Shown piece after piece: positions 55,109 through 64,000 of a DNA stretch of 64,000 bases. Under the pieces are notes generated by a model that had not been told where the DNA came from, made no database searches, and worked only from the letters and a program-made list of their open reading frames with translations. Source of the stretch: Octopus sinensis (lineage: Eukaryota); NCBI RefSeq assembly GCF_006345805.1, contig NC_042998.1:129394001-129458000 (forward strand), written 5' to 3'. Position numbers and translations under genes: made by a program. Position 1 is the first letter of the stretch. Every line of letters starts with the position of its first letter.

Positions 55109-55825
55109 CATAATAATAATAACAATAATAATAATAATAATTATGTAGGAGAATGACATAAAAAGAAGAGAAAGGAAAACTAAGAAATATACACGATAAT
55201 TTCATAAAAAAGATGGTAATTGTAATAAATTGGTGATTAATCATATGCAATTTTAGTTCAAATTTTTGGAAAGTTATTTAAAATGTTGCTGCTTTTGAAC
55301 AAAAAATATAGCACATTAAGGTCATTCATATCATTACATCTCTTATAAAACTTTAAAAAGTTCAAGATAACACATTCCTGATTCTTCTTCCCGATTTATA
55401 TACATCTGCATATAGATTATACATACGCGCATACAAACATACCCAGACTAATACGCACACACACAAATAAACAAGCACTTACAAATATAAATACATATAT
55501 GTACAAAAGACATGCATGTAAATATATATATATATATTCTTTTATATATATATATATATAATATATATATATATTTATAGGTTTAACATATACAAAACGT
55601 GAGGTGAGAGAGTAGATGCTTATTCCATTCGTTTACAACTGTTTCATAATCTTGTCAGATGCATAACAGATATCAACTCAATATTAACACACTTATAAAA
55701 TATGCTAATAAATATATATATGCATATATATATATATATGCATCATTAGCCAATACACACATTTTCTCTCCTTTTCTTATCTCCTTTTTTCTCTCTTTTT
55801 TTTCCTCTCCTTATTTTTTTTGTCC

Positions 55826-55861
55826 CTTTCTGTAGAAGAGCGTATGCTCGAAACGTAAAAG
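55826..55861 (+). ncRNA. Hammerhead-like motif, variant core CTGTAGA
   Basis: Stem I CTTT/AAAG; CTGTAGA; a-GAGC gtat GCTC; GAAA; ACGT palindrome; triplet GTA. Confidence 0.55.
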
Positions 55862-56147
55862 ACTTTTCTATTCCTGAGCGTTTTACTAATACATCTGTTT
55901 GTTTTGTACACCACCTGTCTTTGTCTTTTGTTTGTTTCGTAAACTCTCCCTATATATATATATATATATAAATAATAAATATTAGGGAATAAATCCAAAT
56001 TTACAGGGAAAAAATCAGATTTATGATTAAATCGATTTTATAGTAAAATATTATAAAATATTATTCGAGACAAAACCACTATTTTGCAAAACAAACAAGG
56101 AAAGACTAATTAATACATAAAATTTTAATAAATAGTCAAAAAAAACG

Positions 56148-56190
56148 CCACTACAATCGTTTCTTGTCTTGATCGACAATCTTCAGGTGG
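56148..56190 (-). ncRNA. Type I hammerhead ribozyme, palindrome left arm
   Basis: Reverse complement of 56237-56279. Confidence 0.8.
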
Positions 56191-56236
56191 ACTTCCAATA
56201 ATTCAGTGTCAAATTTGACACTGAATTATTGGAAGT

Positions 56237-56279
56237 CCACCTGAAGATTGTCGATCAAGACAAGAAACGATTGTAGTGG
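56237..56279 (+). ncRNA. Type I hammerhead ribozyme, palindrome right arm
   Basis: Stem I CCAC/GTGG; CTGAAGA 56241-56247; stem II TTGTC-gatcaa-GACAA; GAAA; stem III AC-gatt-GT; triplet GTA, predicted cut after 56275. Confidence 0.8.
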
Positions 56280-56366
56280 CGGTTTTTTTTGACTATTTAT
56301 TAAAATTTTATGTATTAATTAGTCTTTCCTTGTTTGTTTTGCAAAATAGTGGTTTTGTCTCGAATA

Positions 56367-56415
<49 letters not shown>

Positions 56416-56654
56416 TTTCTGAATTGTGTAAATGTGTATAGAATAATAAATCAGTTGAATTACAACATGGTCCTGTTTACACGTTTTTCTTTGTTGTATT
56501 ATAAAAAAGATTTACAAGGTTGAAGCGTGTTGAATATTAAAATAATAATTAGTAACGTTCATAAAGTTCATTTAGCGCTTTCATACGTTCGTAGTAATCA
56601 TCAAATTTCAAAATGTATTGACAGACAGTTGGGTTGAATATATATATATATATC

Positions 56655-56685
<31 letters not shown>

Positions 56686-56785
56686 GGCTGGCCGCTAACA
56701 AATTTTTCTGCAATATAAGGATATCTACCCTATTTATGCTATTCAGCATCATCTTTATGCGTTTCAGAAAAAAGTATTTCCATAT

Positions 56786-56827
<42 letters not shown>

Positions 56828-57004
56828 CAAAGTGGAGTTGTGGTGTACCGCACGAGTGGAATTATATACGAAAGAAGGTTTGAAAATGCAATTTAAAAGA
56901 TGTTTATTTACTTTACCGGTTTCACTCTTTGGAAAAAGACTGTCAAAAGTAACATGTAGAAGTCTGCTTGCGTTAATTATTGGTTGTTACAAATTGCTAC
57001 ATTA

Positions 57005-57352
57005 CATATATACAGTCTTTGGTAACAGGGACATGTTAAGGACATAAAAAAGTTCAACAAGTTCCTTAAAATATTGGGCACAAAAGATTACTACATAAAT
57101 AATCGTTCTCAAGGACATGCTTAAGATAGTTTCCAGAAGGAATTGATACTTGTATTGGTATTGTATCTGTATATTCAAACATGCACAGAATATTGGTTGA
57201 CACAGAGTACTACAATCCATATAAATATACATTCTTTGGTGACAAGAGCATGTTGAGAATATAAAAAAGTTTAACAAGCTCATTGAAATAATGGTCACAA
57301 AAGATTACAGCAAATATATTATACATTCTCAAGATAATTTCCAGAAGGAATT
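57005..57352. repeat. Diverged tandem duplication, period about 217 bp
   Basis: tctttggt..ac..catgtt..aaaaaagtt.aacaag...cacaaaagattac...ttccagaaggaatt at 57016 and 57233. Confidence 0.75.
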
Positions 57353-58593
57353 ATTAAAAAAGTTCAGTATACACGTACAGAATATTATGAGTTCAAAAAG
57401 ATTTACATTATAATAGTAGTGAAGCTAAAACTGACCTGTCCGCTATGGTAGCGTAAAAGAATATTATCTATTTCAAGGGACACAGTAGGTGTGTTTGGTT
57501 GGGGGGAAAAGGAGGAGTAATGTGGAACTGAAAAGAATTTACCCTTTTTGGTCTCCCCTTCAAGCATCAATGATTTGGGGATCAGGGTGGGGTGAGTATG
57601 TGAGTATGTGTGTGTGTGTGTGTGTATACATATATGGTGTGAATAGATGTGTCTGTGTGTCTGTAAGATCTGGTAGGATGGTGTGTGTATATGTGTGTCC
57701 TTTGTCAACCGCGTGTGTGGTTGTCTTGGTGTTGTGTGTGTGTGTATGTATGCATGTGTGTGGATGGCATTTGGCATGGTGCTGCGTGTGTATATGTGTG
57801 TCCGTATGGAGGTGAGATTGGTGTGAGTGTGTGTGTCCTTGTGTGTGTGTATATATATGTATACATGTGTTTGTGTGTGAGTGGGGGGGGCTGTTTTTGA
57901 TTGATTCCAGGGTCCATTGTGGTGTAAATATATGTGTGTTATTTTTGGGTAGGATGGTGTGTGTATATGTGTGCCCGTTTGTGTGTGTATGTGTGTGGTT
58001 AATGTTTATTAGTGTGTTGCGTGTGCGTTAGTGTGTATGTGTTTGTTCGTATGTGTGTCCATGCCTGTTGGACGTATCTGTGTGGCATGTGTGTATATGC
58101 GTTTTGCGTGTGTTGGTATTGAGTATGTGTCTGTGTGTGTGCGTATATATGGTGTGGGTGTATGTGTCTTTGTGTGTATATATATATATGTATACAAGTG
58201 TTTATGTGTGTGTGGGGGCCATATATATATATATATCATATATACATATATACATTATACATACATACACTATACATATATACATCACACATATACACAA
58301 CATACACACACATAACATATACATATATATATAATATATACACATATAAGATATATATATATATGATATATATATAATATAACATACATATACAAAATAC
58401 ATATACATAACATATACATACACAATGCATATATATATATATACATATACAATGCAAACACATGTACATACATACATATAGTATATATACACATAACATA
58501 CATATATATAATGTATATATACATATATCCATATATATAATGTATACATATATAATGTATACATACATATACGTACAATATACATATATATAA

Positions 58594-58654
<61 letters not shown>

Positions 58655-59119
58655 TGTGTGTGTGTGTGTGTACATATGCTTGTGTACACTCAGATTTACA
58701 CGGTCGCTAAGAAGACTAATCCTGAGAATGATTCATGCTAGTTGAAAACACCAAATTTACTGCAGAGAGTATGCAATAGATGTAATCGCCATCTTGCTAT
58801 TTATGCTTTGCTATAAGAGAGCATTTGTCATAGAACAATACACATTTAGAGAAATATAGTAAATTTTAAAATTTCGAAAAGCAAAACCAAGCAAAGAATT
58901 CAAGTAATGAGCAAAATATAAGTATAATTAATACAATAGGTTTATGAATGAAATTACTTTCGAAGAAACTATGGGCACTAAGAAAGAACTAATTTTCAAA
59001 GAAAAGTCAGATTATTCTAATAATAAGTCAGATGCATAATAGAATAAATTAATAAACAAATACTGAAATTATATGTGGTCATTAGGAACACTCACACACA
59101 CTCGCACGCGCGCTTTTGC

Positions 59120-59759
59120 AGCAGGAGAAACCGATTATATGGCTCATTTAGTCACCATAAATGAAACTTGGCTTCATCTTTATGAACTCCATACCAAGCA
59201 ACAAGAATATTTGAGCCCAGAAATTACCTGGGAAGATTCTGACGTCAGCGTTCTGGGAGAAAAAAGGTGTAGTCCTCAGAAACCTGCCAAAGGGTCACAC
59301 AATCAACGCAGAATACTACATGTTCCTGTTGGACGAACTGCGCGAAACTTTGAAGCAGAGACACCGTGGAAAACCGAGTCGTGGTGTCATGTTTTTGCAG
59401 GATAATGCACCAGCAAACGCAGAATATGAAACTCTTCGAAAAATACGCGACTTTGGTTTCGAATTTGTATACCATCTATCTTACTCTCCTGACTTGGCGC
59501 CCTCCAGCAATTACCTCTTTCTACAACTAAAACAATATTTCAAGGGAACGAAATTTCACTCCAATTCTGAAGTGTTCGCTGCTACAGAGGCCTGGTTGGA
59601 GGCCCAACTTCCGTTTTCTTTTTACAGGGCTTAGAAAAACTGAAGGACCGCTGCAACAAGTGTGTAAATCTGAGTGGATTATGCTGACTAAAATCATAAT
59701 TAACTCATTCCCTTGTAACTTCTTTTGCCCAAAGTCAAGATCTTTTCAGTATCCTCTCG
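59120..59759 (+). mobile_element. Mariner transposon 3' part, frameshifted
   Basis: HLVTINETWLHLYE, FLQDNAPAN, HLSYSPDLAPSSNYLF; ends CCTCTCG followed by TA. Confidence 0.9.
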
Positions 59760-62182
59760 TACGTGATATATGGAAATCCCATTTTAATAATTGTCATTTG
59801 TTTCAATTCTGCCATGTTAAAAGAAATATTAGCTGGAAGGAATGCCAACAATGTGAATTCGTTTACGGTGAATTTAAGTGTCTAGTGAGTGACTCTGGTT
59901 TCAGGATCGTCCTTTACGGCGCACACAGAAGGAGACATATGGTGTCAGGTGATGAAATCACGACGGATTGCCGCTCATCCGGTTGTAGTCTGGAACGGAT
60001 CAACCGCTGTGTGTTGTCTAAATCCGCTTTCTCCGCTGTTGGAGTCTAAACCACTTTGTAAATTACGTTTAAATTCAAAATTTCGAATGATGATTCCAAC
60101 TATTTGTATATCAGTCATTACATTTAGTAGGAATATTGTAATTAAAAACAAAGGTAAAAATGTAGTTGAGATATTGAAACAAAATCATTAGAAACAGCAG
60201 GAATTTTTCCAATAATTAAATCGGAAAGAAGAAAAATTTTGGAATCACGAAATGTTAATAGTGCCAAGCAATCAATATCTTACAAATATACGTTTCTTTA
60301 TATTTAGTAAGAACGATTGTACAATACATTATAAAATACAGTGTCACATTTAAATTGAAATCTTCAATGAAATTAGACTTAATCTAAGACTAAAAGTATT
60401 TTGCAGTAAACATTGATTTTATGTTTAAGCAAGTATATACATATATACATACGTATATACGTACATACATACTTATATACATATATATATATTCCTATAT
60501 ATGTATATATACATACGGGTATATATATGTGTGTGTAAATATGTATGTATGTATATAAATATATACATATATATATGTATATATATATATACTTACACAT
60601 ATACATATCTCTGTATGTATAGTTAATGCACACAACACATGCATATGTTTATATTTATACGCATACACATAAATATATACAAAGGCAGGCACGTAGACAC
60701 ACAAGCACGTACACTAACACAAACGCACCTACACACACACACACACACACACACAATACACACACATGTATACCAGGTATGATGTAATGCACCTTTAAGA
60801 AAAATCCTACATAATCACGAACTATAGAGACATTTCATGTTAGCAACTGAAACAAATAATACTTCACTCATTGCCACTTCACATGAAACACAGAATTTTA
60901 TGTCTTTCCAGTAGGTTTTATAGACGGTAACTAAAGTTTAGAATGAGTAATCTCTTTTAATTCAGTAATCAGTAAAGACGATTGCAAAATGTTCGTTTTG
61001 CACCCTATTCTGAGAATTTTTCATTTAGTTGTTTTGGTTCAATAAGTCTTCGCAAGATTTGTAAAGCATCAAAGATATTGCAAATGTATTATGCAAAATT
61101 TTTACTTTAAAATAATATTGTTTTTCCCTATACAACCATGGAAAAGTCAAATAAAAATCCTTTTTATGAATTCTTAGTGAAAATAGTAAAGGGAAACGTT
61201 TGAGACAAACGATTACTAAAATGCGATATGTAACCTTAAAAATAAAAATGTCCACAAAACTTAGTAAAATCATAACATAAACAAAGTAAAAATACCTCAG
61301 CATGTCTTACATAGAGCCTTCGATATTCGGAAAAGGGCAAGGACATAAATACGGTTTTTCCATTTGAAATCACCCACATTCATAGCGAATAACATCGAAC
61401 CTCTTCCATTCGGGCAAATAACTTCCAATTCTGCACCATTCATCAAATCATAAAACCAATTAAGAATAACAAATTAACAATTCTCGAAGACACACAGTAT
61501 ATCTTAAATGGCTATTAACAAAGATGAAATTAAGATAAGACAAATTATTTGGATTAGTTGTAAAACAAATTTTATTTAGAGATGCAGCACGGATTTTTGT
61601 CAGTGAACAGGTCGCGGATTTTAGCGACGAAAATATTTTGACAAATTAAACTTAAATGTTGAAGTGAATCGAACGGCTTTTGTGTTTTTCTTAAATGGCT
61701 TATAAACACCTTCCACGCTGAAATTTTATTTAATGTAATGAGAATTATACTGGTGAAACAGGATGAAAATTAATACATCACAAAGAATAAATCCAAGATT
61801 CATCCCTTATAAATGTTGCATATAGTGGACATCTAGACTGTACAAATCGAAAATTGATGATAATGTGTGAAAATCCCCAAAAAATGAATACTTTATAAGA
61901 ATTCTAAATCCGAAACTGAACCGGAGATAGTAGCGTTACTATAAATAACTCCCCCCGTATAGATTAACCCTAAAACACCTTGCGGAGTAAACTAAAAAGC
62001 GAACGTTCATATAGATACTACAAACAATTTGTGCTAATCTGTTTAGTTTTTTAAAGTTCAATTAAATTTTATCTTCAAAGAACACACATACTTTATATAT
62101 ACTTATATGCGTGTGTGTGTATATGATAGATCGCTAGCTACTACACATTCTTTATTTTCACTCCCTGTTTCTTTCTGTGTTC

Positions 62183-62218
62183 CTTTCTGTGGAAGAGCGT
62201 AGACTCGAAACGTTAAAA
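62183..62218 (+). ncRNA. Hammerhead-like motif, variant core CTGTGGA
   Basis: TTT-CTGTGGA-a-GAGC gtag ACTC-GAAACGTT-AAA; one stem II mismatch. Confidence 0.45.
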
Positions 62219-62542
62219 ACTTTTTCACTTCCCGAGCGTTAAAATAATACATCTGTTTGTTGTCTACACGATCTGTCTTTGTCTTTTGCTCTTTTTTTGT
62301 GAATTCTCCCTATATATATATATATATACTAGAAATATTAAAATTACTAAGTCTCTATAAAAGATTCGACAGCGTTTACTGGAAATTAATTGTTATCGCC
62401 TATTAATATGGTATTCTTATAGATATAGAATAATCGCTGCCGCTGGTCAGCTCCATGAGGCCACCGCCTTAAGATAGCTATTGATACACGATCTGTACCA
62501 TTATAACCTCCGAACAAGGAGGTCAGCCGCTTCACACTGCCA

Positions 62543-62602
62543 GTCCGACAGCTACAGACGCGTTTCGGGGTATTGCCCCTTGTCAATGTAGCGCAGTCAG
62601 AC
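62543..62602 (-). ncRNA. Type I hammerhead ribozyme (U3-A8 variant), 360-bp family, copy 1
   Basis: Reverse complement of 63501-63560. Confidence 0.85.
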
Positions 62603-62902
62603 CCCGCAGGTGTCGCCACTGACGTCTCTGTTCGAAGGCTTATATTTACCTAGTTTCAATGGAATACATCCACTTGTTTTCATAATAGAAATATTAAAAT
62701 TACTAAGTCTCTATAAAGATTACGACAGCGTTTACTGGAAATTAATTGTTATCGCCATATTAATATGGTATTCTTATAGATATAAGAATAATCGCTGCCA
62801 CTGGTCAGCTCCATGAGGCCACCGCCTTAAGATAGCTATTGATACACGATCTGTATCCATTATAACCTTCGAACAAGGGAGGTCAGCCGCTTCACACTGC
62901 CA

Positions 62903-62962
62903 GTCCGACAGCTACAGACGCGTTTCGGGGTATTGCCCCTTGTCAATGTAGCGCAGTCAGAC
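62903..62962 (-). ncRNA. Type I hammerhead ribozyme (U3-A8 variant), 360-bp family, copy 2
   Basis: Identical to copy 1, 360 bp downstream. Confidence 0.85.
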
Positions 62963-63500
62963 CCCGCAGGTGTCGCCACTGACGTCTCTGTTCGAAGGCT
63001 TATATTTACCTAGTTTCAGTGGAATACATCCACTTGTTTTCAATAATAGAAATATTAAAATGACTAAGTCTCTATAAAAGATATTACGACAGCGCTTACT
63101 GGAAATTAATTGTTATCGCCATATTAATATGGTATTCTTATAGATATAAGAATAATCGCTGCCGCTGGTCAGCTCCATGAGGCCACCGCCTTAAGATAGC
63201 TATTGATACACGATCTGTATCCATTATAACCTTCGAACAAGGGATACAGATCGTGTATCAATAGCTTCTTAAGGCGGTGGCCTCATGGAGCTGACCAGCG
63301 GCAGCGATTTTTCTTATATCTATAAGAATACCATATTAATATGGCGATAGCAATTAATTTCCAGTAAACGCTGTCGTAATCTCTTTTATAGAGACTTAGT
63401 AATTTTAATATTTCTATTATTGAAAAGAAGTGGATGTATTCCACTGAAACTAGGTAAATATAAGCCTTCGAACAGAGACGTCAGTGGCGACACCTGCGGG

Positions 63501-63560
63501 GTCTGACTGCGCTACATTGACAAGGGGCAATACCCCGAAACGCGTCTGTAGCTGTCGGAC
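63501..63560 (+). ncRNA. Type I hammerhead ribozyme (U3-A8 variant), 360-bp family, copy 3
   Basis: Stem I GCTACA/TGTAGC plus distal GTCTGAC/GTCGGAC around an internal loop; core TTGACAA 63517-63523; stem II GGGG-caata-CCCC; GAAA; palindrome ACGCGT; triplet GTC, predicted cut after 63546. Confidence 0.85.
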
Positions 63561-63745
63561 TGGCAGTGTGAAGCGGCTGACCTCCCTTGTTCGGAGGTTA
63601 TAATGGATACAGATCGTGTATCAATAGCTATCTTAAGGCGGTGGCCTCAGGAGCTGACCAGCGGCAGCGATTATTCTTATATCTATAAGATACCATATTA
63701 ATATGGCGATAACATTAATTATATATTATATATATATATATTATA

Positions 63746-63795
<50 letters not shown>

Positions 63796-63854
63796 ATATA
63801 TATATATATAATAATAATATAATATAATAATAATAATAATAATAATAAAAACAT

Positions 63855-64000
63855 TGTGTACAGTGCTCAGGTGCGCTACACAACTCATCTAAAGTGTATG
63901 TATAATCAGGTGTAGTTTCGGCGGATTTCGGAAAGCATGAGGGCCTTAAAGGATGCAGTGTCATGGCAGTCAACAACTGACGCAGGCAGTTTGTTCCATG
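63855..64000 (-). mobile_element. CR1/L2-like LINE 3' end, runs off the window
   Basis: Minus frame WNKLPASVVDC (WNxLP C-terminal motif), then an (ATT)n-like tail. Confidence 0.55.

Larger units (their letters stand above)
55970..56376. mobile_element. Near-perfect spacerless palindrome (centre 56213/56214) of an HHR-bearing unit
   Basis: Arms 56052-56213 and 56214-56376 are reverse complements (one extra base in the right arm); left arm extends to 55970; (TA)n on both sides. Confidence 0.9.
62331..63720. mobile_element. Inverted tandem array of a 360-bp hammerhead-bearing unit (retrozyme-like)
   Basis: Left arm 62331-63243 (about 2.5 units, period about 360); right arm 63244-63720 reverse complement (about 1.3 units); (TA)n on both flanks. 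Confidence 0.92.

Noticed and set aside
492-60704. Dozens of ORFs rich in YI, SL, HT, VC, poly-L, poly-H or poly-I
   Set aside because: Translations of (TA)n, (TC)n, (CA)n, (GTAT)n, (TAA)n and (GAT)n microsatellites.
19422-61450. Isolated exon-like stretches (19422-19634 minus, 41240-41479 plus, 59880-60050, 61310-61450 minus)
   Set aside because: No recognisable homology and no consistent exon chain; cannot be supported without RNA-seq or homology search.
62386-62816. ORFs in the 360-bp unit and a possible endless rolling-circle ORF (360 is a multiple of 3)
   Set aside because: The listed ORFs end in stops within the unit; no open circular frame or recognisable protein seen.
26869-63720. 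CRISPR or viral interpretation of the tandem units
   Set aside because: No repeat-spacer pattern, cas genes or viral ORFs; whole units repeat.

Overview
Repeat-dense, AT-rich eukaryotic DNA with many (TA)n, (CA)n, (GTAT)n and (TAA)n microsatellites. The tRNA-derived SINEs resemble those I recognise from octopus genomes (inference, no search run). No host protein-coding gene can be supported; nearly all listed ORFs are microsatellite translations. Recognisable fossils: Penelope-like (PLE) RT, R4/Dong-like and CRE-like RLE retrotransposons, CR1/L2-like and RTE LINE pieces, two mariner and one Tc1 transposase remnants, a Helitron-like element and several SINE families. The main signal is a set of sequence-unrelated, apparently non-coding units (about 360, 476, 549 bp and a unit of at least 240 bp), each carrying a minimal type I hammerhead ribozyme (HHR) folded by eye. 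Each is inserted in a (TA)n tract as a divergent inverted array (left arm minus, right arm plus), often with more than one tandem unit per arm and permuted end points. This fits retrozyme-like (circular or multimeric ribozyme RNA) templates copied from both ends of a (TA)n break, plausibly by PLE machinery. Two further HHR families occur: a tRNA-head/(AAT)n/HHR SINE and a family with a non-canonical CUGUNGA core.
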